Shown here piece by piece: positions 39,356 through 47,690 of a stretch of 60,852 bases of DNA. A model generated the notes under the pieces. That model did not search any database and was not told where the DNA came from. It saw only the letters and a program-made list of their open reading frames with translations. The stretch's first letter is position 1, and every line of letters starts with the position of its first letter. This DNA comes from an uncultured Candidatus Saccharibacteria bacterium (GTDB lineage Bacteria > Patescibacteriota > Minisyncoccia > UBA6257 > 2-01-FULL-56-20), in assembly GCA_964484655.1 (NCBI GenBank), contig CAZAFA010000004.1:1-60852 (forward strand), read 5' to 3'. A program made the translations under genes and the position numbers.

Positions 39356-42086
39356 TGAACACGCGGACGCGCACATCCTGCTGGAATCCGTTGTCGCAAT
39401 TCAGGCGGTACGTCGTGCTGTACGGCGGCTGGTCCTGGCCGGAGCCGTTCTGGCCGCCGGTCGCGATCACCTGGCCGTTACGCGGCCCGCCGTTCACGCG
39501 GATGGTGCAGGAGGTCGGCTGCTGGCACTGCCACGGGAGCGTCGTGCTGCGCGGCGGCGGGATGAACAGGCGGTTCGGCGATGCGGAGAAGGTGCACAGT
39601 CCGGGCGTGCCGGTCACCGTGATGCCGGCCGAGGCGAACTCGCCCCCGTAGTTCGCGTAGACGCTGCCGTTGCCGGGGCTGTCGCCGCGGAACGCGCCGT
39701 TGCCCTGATGCGTCACGAAGCTGTCGCCATCCCAGTTCGCGCTTCCCGTCACGTTCTGGCGCGGCGCCGGCCCGTTCCCATCCGGGTCGTACCAGGCGGC
39801 GTAGCTCGCCGTGGAGCCGACCTGGATCTCGCGCGAGAACGGCTCGATGGTCAGAGAGGCGTCGCCTGGGTTGCGCACCTCGAGGTCGCCCGTCGCTGCC
39901 AGGTACTGGACCGGGTTCGTGCCCGGGATCGGGTACGACGCGTGCATCGTCGTGTTGCCTACCGCGACGCCGCGGTAGCGCCCGTCACCCGCGACCGTCG
40001 CGATGGCGTTGCTGCCGCTCGCCCAGTACGAGTCCGCGGTGACGTCGACGCCGTTGCCGACCGCCTGCCCGCCCGGATAGTAGTAGGCGCGGACGGAGAC
40101 CTCGGCGCCCACGTTCGTGAACGCGCTCGACGGCACGATCTCGACGTACCCGTCCTCGATGCATCCGCTCGGGGGGCAGTTCCGCACCTCGAGGACCGCC
40201 GAGGCCTGTAGGCCCGCGTAGCCCGCCCAGATCACGGTCGTTCCGGTCGCAGTGCCGCGGAACGTGCCCGGGCCCGTCGCGGTCGCCACTGCCGGCACGT
40301 CGGACCACCAGTCAGCGGGCGCGGTCACGCCGTACGGCTGCTGGGGACCGCTCGGCCCGTCAGGGTCGTAGGTCGCCGTGAACTGGCCGAACTGGCCGAT
40401 CCCGATCCGCTGGCTGGGAGGCGCGACGGTGAGCGTCGCGCCGCCGCCGGTCACGATGAGCTCGGCCTGGCAGTCCCGGGGCTGGACGCCCTGTGCGGTC
40501 GCGCGCAACGTTATGGGATAGGTGCCGGAAGGCGTGCTGCCGCTGGTCATCAGAACGACGAGCCCGTTGCGCGGCGTCGGCGGAAGCGTGAGCGTCGTGG
40601 AAGCCGCGGTCACGCCGGCCGGCAGTGCCGAGCTGACGCCCACCGTGACCTGGCCACTGAATCCTCCGGTGCCGGAGACACTGAAGGCGAAATCGGCGGG
40701 ATCGCCCGGCTGCACGGTACGCGAAAGCGTCGTGCAGGAAAGGCCTATGCCGGGGTTGCTGTCCCCGACCGTGATCGGGATTTCCACGATGTCGCCGAAC
40801 TGCTCGTTAGGCTGGTTGCCTCCGCCCACTTGCACCATCTGATAGCGGAGCGTGTAGATACCAGGCTCCCCGGGCGTAGTCACTGTGATTGGGAAATCCG
40901 TCGTCGCATCGAGATAGACATCGCGGAGCGGTACCTCAAAACGATTCACGTAGTTGTACTGCGTGCAAACCGTAGTGCCCCCTCCACCACCTGGCCCACA
41001 AGGCAGCGCGAGCGCTGTCGGGACAGCGACACCGAGCGCGCTGCTCATCAGGCTGCGTCGCATGTTGTTTGTCTGATTGGGGTTGTTGCCGCCATTGCCG
41101 CAACCACCTCCTCCAGGCTCAAACTCGCACTCCTCTCCGATTGCCCGCTCGTACGTAACGTTAATGTTCCGCTTATAGGGGAGCGTCGCCGGCGCAATAA
41201 GCTGCGCGGTCTGGTCGATGCGACGCAACACGAAGTTGCTCGACTGCACCACATAGCTGTCGTAGCAGATGTCGCCGTTATTCGGGACGCTATTCGCACA
41301 ATTGTTCCGTTCCGGCACCGCGATGCCATCTGAGTTCCAGGTCAGGCCCTTGTTCCGCATAGTGATGGCCGCCTGATAAGTCGAGGAAGCGTCCGCGGAG
41401 CGCGGTACGGTATCGGCGACATACTGCGCGTTTGGCGGCAGCACCTGCCGGACTGAGAGACCAATGCGTGCGCAGCCGGGGTCGTTGTCGCGGTGTTCGC
41501 CGTACGCCCAGCCACTCTCAGGCCCGCCCGACCACACCATGCCTGACGTACCTCTGCATGCGTTATTGTCCTTTTGATAGAAGTACTGCACGCCTGCCTG
41601 CACGTTGTCCATCTTCATGCCCGCTATCGGCATGTTGCGGTCCACGACCCAGATCTGGGCGCCCTTGATGTTGCCGGTCCCGTTGCTGACCTGGCCGCTG
41701 AGCCCGCCACCTTCGCTCGCCCACGGCGTGCACGTCATGTTGTACGGGATGCCGAGACAGAGCTTGAAGTCGCGGGTGTACTGCGTGCTCGGGCTGTGAT
41801 TGAGGATACGGACCTGGATGCAGTCCGAATCGTTAGCCCCACCGGTGGAGAAATAAGCGACGCCTTCGCCGTGGCCGCGCCACGCGGACATGTCCCGCGG
41901 ACAATCCTGGGGGAGCTCAGGTGTAGAATCGTTCATATCGTCGCCGATCCGGATCTGGACGTCGGGCGTACCGGACGGCGAGGTCGCATAGGCTACGAGG
42001 CCCGTCGCAACACCCGCGAGCGCGGAAATAACGAGTGCGCCGCCGATGCCGATGCCGAGGATCTTGCGGATGAGAGGAGAGTTCAT
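39321..42086 (-). CDS. Large secreted Ig-repeat adhesin-like protein (cassette copy 1)
   Basis: Sec-type signal (AYA); Trp/Cys-rich N-domain; three Ig-like repeats (two with YDPDG); C-terminal domain paralogous to 47691-50186. Confidence 0.75.
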   Translation of the reverse strand: MNSPLIRKILGIGIGGALVISALAGVATGLVAYATSPSGTPDVQIRIGDDMNDSTPELPQDCPRDMSAWRGHGEGVAYFSTGGANDSDCIQVRILNHSPSTQYTRDFKLCLGIPYNMTCTPWASEGGGLSGQVSNGTGNIKGAQIWVVDRNMPIAGMKMDNVQAGVQYFYQKDNNACRGTSGMVWSGGPESGWAYGEHRDNDPGCARIGLSVRQVLPPNAQYVADTVPRSADASSTYQAAITMRNKGLTWNSDGIAVPERNNCANSVPNNGDICYDSYVVQSSNFVLRRIDQTAQLIAPATLPYKRNINVTYERAIGEECEFEPGGGGCGNGGNNPNQTNNMRRSLMSSALGVAVPTALALPCGPGGGGGTTVCTQYNYVNRFEVPLRDVYLDATTDFPITVTTPGEPGIYTLRYQMVQVGGGNQPNEQFGDIVEIPITVGDSNPGIGLSCTTLSRTVQPGDPADFAFSVSGTGGFSGQVTVGVSSALPAGVTAASTTLTLPPTPRNGLVVLMTSGSTPSGTYPITLRATAQGVQPRDCQAELIVTGGGATLTVAPPSQRIGIGQFGQFTATYDPDGPSGPQQPYGVTAPADWWSDVPAVATATGPGTFRGTATGTTVIWAGYAGLQASAVLEVRNCPPSGCIEDGYVEIVPSSAFTNVGAEVSVRAYYYPGGQAVGNGVDVTADSYWASGSNAIATVAGDGRYRGVAVGNTTMHASYPIPGTNPVQYLAATGDLEVRNPGDASLTIEPFSREIQVGSTASYAAWYDPDGNGPAPRQNVTGSANWDGDSFVTHQGNGAFRGDSPGNGSVYANYGGEFASAGITVTGTPGLCTFSASPNRLFIPPPRSTTLPWQCQQPTSCTIRVNGGPRNGQVIATGGQNGSGQDQPPYSTTYRLNCDNGFQQDVRVRVFNVSTRIEILPQ

Positions 42087-42097
42087 GGGTCTAGGCT

Positions 42098-42574
42098 TTA
42101 CTGGTTTGAGGACGCGGGCGCGATCGTAATATTGACTGTAACCGCGGTGGACGAACCGCGCGCTACGAGCGATACCTGCATGCTCGTGCCATCGCGCTGC
42201 GCGAGGAACGCGGCGAACGTGCCGAGATCCTTCGTGTCATCTATGGTCCACCCCTGCTCCTTGAAATAGGCGGCGAACCGCTGCTGCTCTTCGGAGAGCG
42301 GCCGCGTCACGGTGTACGCGCGCGTCTCCTGGAAACGGCCATCGGGAGCGATCATGGATTCGTTCTGCGTGATCACGGCATCCTTCGGAAGCGGCAGGTC
42401 GCCCGGGAACCGGTCTGGCAGCTTCGACTTGTCGATCTGCATGACTTCGTACTGCGACACCGGCGGCTGATCCGCGCGATCGCGAGTGATGCGTTGGTAA
42501 GCGAGGTACCCGAGTAAGGCGAGCACGACCAAGCTAATCGCCAGGATAACCAGGGACCGGGAGGATTTGTCCAT
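42098..42574 (-). CDS. Small membrane-anchored protein (cassette copy 1 partner)
   Basis: N-terminal TM; FPGDLP...ITQN...AAYFKEQGWTI; paralog of 50191-50655; TACACT 6 nt before the ATG. Confidence 0.75.
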   Translation of the reverse strand: MDKSSRSLVILAISLVVLALLGYLAYQRITRDRADQPPVSQYEVMQIDKSKLPDRFPGDLPLPKDAVITQNESMIAPDGRFQETRAYTVTRPLSEEQQRFAAYFKEQGWTIDDTKDLGTFAAFLAQRDGTSMQVSLVARGSSTAVTVNITIAPASSNQ

Positions 42575-42586
42575 AAGGGAAGTGTA

Positions 42587-43096
42587 CTACGTGGCGAGAC
42601 TGCGGGCACTGACCGTCGTCTGGATACGGACCACGCTGGTGCTGATGCCCAGCTCGATCGGCGAGATCGACAGGCTGACGGTGACCCGTGCTGGATAGCC
42701 GTCGTCTTCCTGGGCGAATTGCAGCCGGAAGCGCAGGTCGCGGACGTTGACGTTCTCGGCGGTCAGCTGGAGGGTCCCCTGGTTATCCACAGTGCGCATG
42801 ATGCTGCCGCTCGTCCCGTTGTCCTGGAAGGCGTACGTGACCGCCTCGCCGCGCGCGTTGGTGAAGCTCAGGGTCGTGTCGGTGCCGGCGAAGTCCTTGC
42901 TCACGCGGATCTCGCGCGCCATCTGCTCGAGGACCAGCGAGACGTTGCTGTTGGCCGCCGCGAACGCGACGAGCTGGCGCTGGGTGCGGAGCGCCCGGAT
43001 GAAGGCTCCGGTCGCGATCGAGACCACTATCGCGAACAGCGAGAGCGAGACGAGCAGCTCGACGACAGTGAAGCCTGAACGGCGGGAGTTCCTCAT
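42587..43096 (-). CDS. PilW-like minor pilin
   Basis: Class III signal RRSG|FTVVELLVSL; real start at the ATGA overlap with the upstream gene. Confidence 0.85.
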   Translation of the reverse strand: MRNSRRSGFTVVELLVSLSLFAIVVSIATGAFIRALRTQRQLVAFAAANSNVSLVLEQMAREIRVSKDFAGTDTTLSFTNARGEAVTYAFQDNGTSGSIMRTVDNQGTLQLTAENVNVRDLRFRLQFAQEDDGYPARVTVSLSISPIELGISTSVVRIQTTVSARSLAT

Positions 43097-43662
43097 TCTG
43101 CGGTGGACGTGCTCGACGTGGACGCGGTGCCGGCCCCGCCCCAGTCGTAGAAGTGGTCCTCGAGGGTCACGGACGAATCGCCGCCGCCGCGCGCGCGCCA
43201 CTCGACGCGGCTGATGACGACTATCTCCTTGGCGTTCGGACCGGTGAGCGTGACGGATACCTTGCGCCGATACGTGGTCTCGATTCCAGTCTGAAGATAG
43301 GAATAGCTGCGTACGTTCGGATCGTACCAAAGCGTACGGCCGGGACTGACAAAAGGAGTCGGTCGTCGCTCCCAGGTGGTATCGGCATCGAGCTCCCAGT
43401 CGCAGGTGCTCGCGCATGCCTGGAATCCCTCGTAGTAGGGGCGCCCGGCGATGTAGTTGGAGTCGATGAGACTCTTGGTCACCTCGATGCCCTCCGCGGC
43501 GAGGTACGTGCCCACATAGGAGTCGGCGACCACGCGCGTGAGACCGATCGAGCGGTTGATGAGCGTGATCGTGCCGAGGAAGCCGACCAGTAGGAGGCTG
43601 ATGGCGATCAGCGCCTCGACGAGCGACTGCCCGCTCCTAGTATGTGATCTGGCCTGCCGCAT
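43093..43662 (-). CDS. PilV-like minor pilin
   Basis: RSG|QSLVEALIAI with Glu5; YLAAEGIE. Confidence 0.82.
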   Translation of the reverse strand: MRQARSHTRSGQSLVEALIAISLLLVGFLGTITLINRSIGLTRVVADSYVGTYLAAEGIEVTKSLIDSNYIAGRPYYEGFQACASTCDWELDADTTWERRPTPFVSPGRTLWYDPNVRSYSYLQTGIETTYRRKVSVTLTGPNAKEIVVISRVEWRARGGGDSSVTLEDHFYDWGGAGTASTSSTSTAE

Positions 43663-44185
43663 TCACGCTAACGATAGCATCCGACTCCTTGCCGCGGATG
43701 CCCATCCTGACCTTTCCGAGCCCGTTGGTGATGAGCGCCCCGTTCTCGTCGGCGACGAGGACGACCGGGTCGGGAGCGATGAAGATCACGTACGCGAGAT
43801 CCTGCCCGTTGCCGATGTTCCGGAATTCCAGTGAGGGCGTGAGCGTGAACGAAGACTGCTCGGCGACGTCGAACGACGACGCCTGGGTATCCACCACGGA
43901 ACGGACCCGGCAATCCGGGGGACGGTACGCGACGATGGCGTACGCGCGCGCGGCCCGGTCGATGCGCACCCCGTATCCGCAGGGCGCATCCCCGGTCCCG
44001 GTGTAGGTGGAGAGCGCAAGCGACTTCGCGCGCAGGATCAGCTGCGCCACACGCGCCTTCTCCGTGAAGAGGCGCAGCGTCTCGCGCGTGCTCGCGTTAT
44101 AGATGAGGATCACGGCGCAGAGCATCGCGGTCACGGCGAGGACCACCATGACCTCGACGAGCGTGAAGCCGGACCGGCGCGACAT
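43637..44185 (-). CDS. FimT/GspH-like minor pilin
   Basis: RRSG|FTLVEVMVVL; LRAKSLAL; TACAAT 6 nt before the ATG. Confidence 0.82.
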   Translation of the reverse strand: MSRRSGFTLVEVMVVLAVTAMLCAVILIYNASTRETLRLFTEKARVAQLILRAKSLALSTYTGTGDAPCGYGVRIDRAARAYAIVAYRPPDCRVRSVVDTQASSFDVAEQSSFTLTPSLEFRNIGNGQDLAYVIFIAPDPVVLVADENGALITNGLGKVRMGIRGKESDAIVSVNAAGQITY

Positions 44186-44218
44186 GGCGCTATTGTACCC
44201 CGTCGCCCCCACGGGCGC

Positions 44219-45088
44219 TCAGAGCAGGAGGAGCCCGAAATATGCCGTCGCCAGATGCGAGCCGAAGCCGAGTATGAGGAGTGCGGCGAGCGCGAGGAAG
44301 GGGCCGAACGGCAAGGCGCTCTTCATGCCCGCCCTGCCTGCGAGAAGCGCCGGGACGGCGGCGAGGCTGCCAAGCACGAACGCCAGGCCGACGAGCACGA
44401 CGCTGTCCGGCCACGCGAAGGCGATGCCGAGCGCAGCAGCGAGCTTCACGTCGCCGAACCCGATGCCGCGCCCGCGCGTGATGGCGAAGAGGACGAGGAG
44501 GATCCCGCAGGCGGCTGCCGCGCCGACGAGATGGCCGACCCACCAAGATTCGCGCAGGCCGGCGAGCATCGCGTAGCTCCCGAGGAAGGATCCGGTCGCG
44601 AACGTGAACATCGGCGCGGTCGCCCAGGCGGCCACGCCGCCGAGCGCCGCTATCGCGACCGAGGCCTCGTCAGGGATGAGGTAGTGCTCGAGATCGATCA
44701 GGGCGACGATCACCAGGAACAGGGCGATGCCGACCCAGCAGGCTGCCGCCACGGCGTATCGCCAGGGATCCAGCAGGTGCGCCGAGGACGCCGCGAGGCC
44801 GAGCGGCACCGTCATCACGGCGAGAGCGGTCCCGATCTCCGCGAGCGGATAACGGATGCTTATGGCCTGCCCGCATCCCCTGCAGCGGCCCCGCTGCAGG
44901 ACCCAGGAGAGGACCGGTACCAGCTCGAGCGGCCCGAGCGTCCTCCCGCAGCCCGGGCACCGCGAGCGGCCGCCCGCCGGCGCGAAGAGGAAGCGGTCCG
45001 GGTCGTACCGGAGCGCAACCGCGTTCGCGAAGCTGCCCAGCACGAGGCCGAGCGCTCCGTAGAGAGCGAGAAGCGATGCGGACGGCAC
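44219..45088 (-). CDS. pilD: Prepilin peptidase/methylase (A24)
   Basis: GSFANAV, RSRCPGC and GRCRGC zinc motifs, IDLEHYLIPD, GFGDVKL, LPFGPFL. Confidence 0.95.
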   Translation of the reverse strand: MPSASLLALYGALGLVLGSFANAVALRYDPDRFLFAPAGGRSRCPGCGRTLGPLELVPVLSWVLQRGRCRGCGQAISIRYPLAEIGTALAVMTVPLGLAASSAHLLDPWRYAVAAACWVGIALFLVIVALIDLEHYLIPDEASVAIAALGGVAAWATAPMFTFATGSFLGSYAMLAGLRESWWVGHLVGAAAACGILLVLFAITRGRGIGFGDVKLAAALGIAFAWPDSVVLVGLAFVLGSLAAVPALLAGRAGMKSALPFGPFLALAALLILGFGSHLATAYFGLLLL

Positions 45089-45091
45089 GGG

Positions 45092-45559
45092 CTACAGTTG
45101 CACGCAGTAGACCGGGTCGGCGCAATCGACGCCGATCACCGTGCCGTCGATATCGTCGCGCAGCTGCGGCGCGTTCGCGTTCTCGAGCGTAGCGGCCAGC
45201 ACGTAGTTGTCCCCGGATGTCGCGTAGACATAGGACTGGCCTTGCTTCGGATCGTTCGGGACCTTCGCTATGCCGAGAGCGCTGCCGGTGAGCGCAACGG
45301 CCATGTCCGACCATCCCTCGTCGCTCTGGACGACCGACCCGGTGCAGGTCGCGCCCGGCTCCGCCGGTCCGGGATAGGTGTTGCATTTGGCGAAATACAG
45401 CTGCAGTCCGTTCTGCACCTGGCGCAGGTCGCTGATGCGGCGGGTGTCACGGCCGTTGCGCTGCACCGGGCCGAGGCCGACGAGGGCCACGGAGGCGAGC
45501 GTCGCGATGATCGCGATGACGATGAGGATCTCGACGAGGGTGAAGCCGCGGCGAGCCAT
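45092..45559 (-). CDS. Type IVa major pilin-like protein 1
   Basis: RRG|FTLVEILIVIAII; RDTRRISDL; four Cys. Confidence 0.92.
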   Translation of the reverse strand: MARRGFTLVEILIVIAIIATLASVALVGLGPVQRNGRDTRRISDLRQVQNGLQLYFAKCNTYPGPAEPGATCTGSVVQSDEGWSDMAVALTGSALGIAKVPNDPKQGQSYVYATSGDNYVLAATLENANAPQLRDDIDGTVIGVDCADPVYCVQL

Positions 45560-45660
45560 ATCCCCTACAGCTGGACGCAGTAGACCGGGTCGGCGCAGTT
45601 CACGCCTTCCACCGTGCCGTCGATATCGTCGCGCAGCTGCGGCGCGTTCGCGTTCTCGAG
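45102..45660. repeat. 51-bp (45137-45187 = 45610-45660) and 23-bp (45102-45124 = 45575-45597) perfect direct repeats
   Basis: Base-by-base identity in the pilin C-terminal coding regions. Confidence 0.92.
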
Positions 45661-46025
45661 TGTTGCGCCCAGGACATAGCTGCTACCCGAGGTGCTGCCG
45701 TACATGTACGCGGCTCCCTGCCGGGGATCGTCAGGCACCTTCGAGACGCCGAGGTTGCTGCCGGTGAGTGCTCCCTGAAGGGAAGACCAGCCGCTGATGG
45801 CCGAGAAGCCCGTGCAATCCGTGCCCGCCTGCGCACCGCCCGGGTAATAGCCGCACTTCGCGTAGTAGAGTTCGACGCCGTTCTGCACCTGGCGCAGGTC
45901 GCTGATGCGGCGGGTGTCACGGCCGTTGCGCTGCACCGGGCCGAGGCCGACGAGGGCCACGGAGGCGAGCGTCGCGATGATCGCGATGACGATGAGGATC
46001 TCGACGAGGGTGAAGCCGCGGCGAG
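45408..46025. repeat. 148-bp perfect direct repeat (45408-45555 = 45878-46025)
   Basis: Base-by-base identity over the pilin N-terminal coding region; offset 470 bp. Confidence 0.95.
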
Positions 46026-46041
46026 TGGGGTTAGAGGGCAT
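45565..46041 (-). CDS. Type IVa major pilin-like protein 2
   Basis: Same N-terminus as pilin 1; divergent centre; TATACT 6 nt before the ATG. Confidence 0.92.
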   Translation of the reverse strand: MPSNPTRRGFTLVEILIVIAIIATLASVALVGLGPVQRNGRDTRRISDLRQVQNGVELYYAKCGYYPGGAQAGTDCTGFSAISGWSSLQGALTGSNLGVSKVPDDPRQGAAYMYGSTSGSSYVLGATLENANAPQLRDDIDGTVEGVNCADPVYCVQL

Positions 46042-46099
46042 GGCCGAAGTATACCAGAGAGGCGTAGGAAGCTGTGGAAAGCAGGACGCTAGCAGCCCC

Positions 46100-47311
46100 T
46101 TACTGAATCGTAGCGGTGAGGCGATACAGTGGGATGAGGATAGACGCGAACAGCAGGCCGACCAGCAGACCGACCACGATCATGAGCGTTGGCTGGATGA
46201 GGTCGACGAGGTTCGAGATCGTCGTGTCGGAATCACGGCCGTAGAAGCCTGCGAGGCGCGCGAACATGCGGTCAAGCTGGCCGGTCGCCTCCCCAACGAC
46301 CACCATCTGTGAGACCAGCGGCGGGAAGTAGTCCGGATACTTCGCCAGTGACGAGGAGAGCGAGGTCCCCTGGCGGACGTCGTCGGCGACGTCCATGAGC
46401 AGGTCCTGGTAGAGCACGTTGTTCACGCTTTGGCCGGCGATCTCGAGCGCCTGCGCCATCGGCACGCCTCCCTTAAGGAGCATCGCGATGGCGTTCGAGA
46501 GGCGCGTGAGCGTCAGCGGGAGGAAGACGCGCTTGAGCAGCGGAAAGCGCAGCTTGAGCTCGTCCCAGAGCGCCTTGCCCTCGTCGGTCTCGGCATAGGC
46601 GATGATCGTGAGGACCACGAAGAACCCGAGGAGCACGACCGCGGGCCACCACGTCCCGAAGAACGCGCCGGCGCCGAGGAGGGCACGCGTATAGAACGGG
46701 AGATCAACGCCGCTCTCGGCGAATACCGGCCCCAGCTGCGGGAACACGAAGCTCACCATGAGGAAGCCGACGACGACGAAGAGGCCGCCGATGATGCCCG
46801 GATAGATCATCGCCGAGCGCGCCTTCGTGATGAGCTCGTACTCCTTCTCCATGTAGTCGGCGAGGAAGCCGGTGACCTCCTCGAGGTTGCCGATGACTTC
46901 CGCCGAGCGGATCATGCTCACGTAGAAGCCCGGGAAGACGTCGCGGTGCCGCTCGAGCGCCTGCGAGAAGGAGAGGCCCGAGGTGATGTCCTCGGCGAGC
47001 TGCTGCACGATGCGGCGGAGCTCGGGCTGGTTCGTCTGCCCGTGGAGCGTCTTGAGCGCCTCGATCAGCGGCAGGCGGGCGCCGAGCAGCGTGGCGAACT
47101 GCCGCGCGAAGATGACCAGGTCCTTCTGCCGCACGCCCGTGAAGCGGCGCACGACGGCGTCATACCAGTGCTTCGAGTCGGCGGAGACCAGCGACAGGAT
47201 GAAGAGGTCGTGGCTCGTGAGGATCGTGATCGCCGCATCGCGGCCGGCCGCCTCGACGAAACCCACCTGGAGCTCGCCTTCCTTCGTCTTGGCCTGGTAC
47301 TTGAAGCGCAT
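46100..47311 (-). CDS. pilC: Type IV pilus platform protein
   Basis: Two T2SSF domains; FARQFATLLGARLP, SAEVIGNLE, GVPMAQAL, GEATGQLD. Confidence 0.95.
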   Translation of the reverse strand: MRFKYQAKTKEGELQVGFVEAAGRDAAITILTSHDLFILSLVSADSKHWYDAVVRRFTGVRQKDLVIFARQFATLLGARLPLIEALKTLHGQTNQPELRRIVQQLAEDITSGLSFSQALERHRDVFPGFYVSMIRSAEVIGNLEEVTGFLADYMEKEYELITKARSAMIYPGIIGGLFVVVGFLMVSFVFPQLGPVFAESGVDLPFYTRALLGAGAFFGTWWPAVVLLGFFVVLTIIAYAETDEGKALWDELKLRFPLLKRVFLPLTLTRLSNAIAMLLKGGVPMAQALEIAGQSVNNVLYQDLLMDVADDVRQGTSLSSSLAKYPDYFPPLVSQMVVVGEATGQLDRMFARLAGFYGRDSDTTISNLVDLIQPTLMIVVGLLVGLLFASILIPLYRLTATIQ

Positions 47312-47340
47312 CTACGGCCGCATTCTAGCAAATTCCCTAT

Positions 47341-47668
47341 AAAGACGTGTCCCCTCATGGGCGTGAGGGGACAGGAAGGTTTTTCACTCAGGGCGAGCTC
47401 GGAAGGGCGGTATGCGCTCTGTCAGGCATCATGGCAACGCAGCACGGGGCGCCTCCCACTGTCCGCAAGGGGTCCGCGGATTCGTAGAGAGCGCTGGCAT
47501 GCTGCCTGACGCAGGGGGGACCACCTTGATATGGGGGGTCGCTTGCTAGCAAGTATCTCCGGCTGAGATTAAGCCGTTTGTATGACGCGCGGGGTTATGA
47601 ACGATATGAATACGCGCGCCTACTGATTCCATCCTAACACGATATCTCCCGCTCGCGCGGGAGATATC
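47341..47668. other. Structured, ORF-free intergenic region inside the pilus locus
   Basis: Hairpins at 47348-47373 (10 bp) and 47641-47668 (12 bp); long-range stem 47421-47433/47498-47510; palindrome 47542-47553. Confidence 0.55.
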
Positions 47669-47690
47669 CACATTCATGAACTGCCAGCGC

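Noticed and set aside
45092-46041. Pilin repeats as a diversity-generating retroelement template/variable pair
   Set aside because: Differences are not restricted to adenines (for example GTG/GTC, plus an indel), both copies are intact genes, and no reverse transcriptase is in the window.
47312-47690. tmRNA, RNase P RNA or c-di-GMP riboswitch
   Set aside because: I could not find the tRNA-like ends, the GAGGAAAGUCC core or the GEMM consensus on either strand; kept only as an unassigned structured region.
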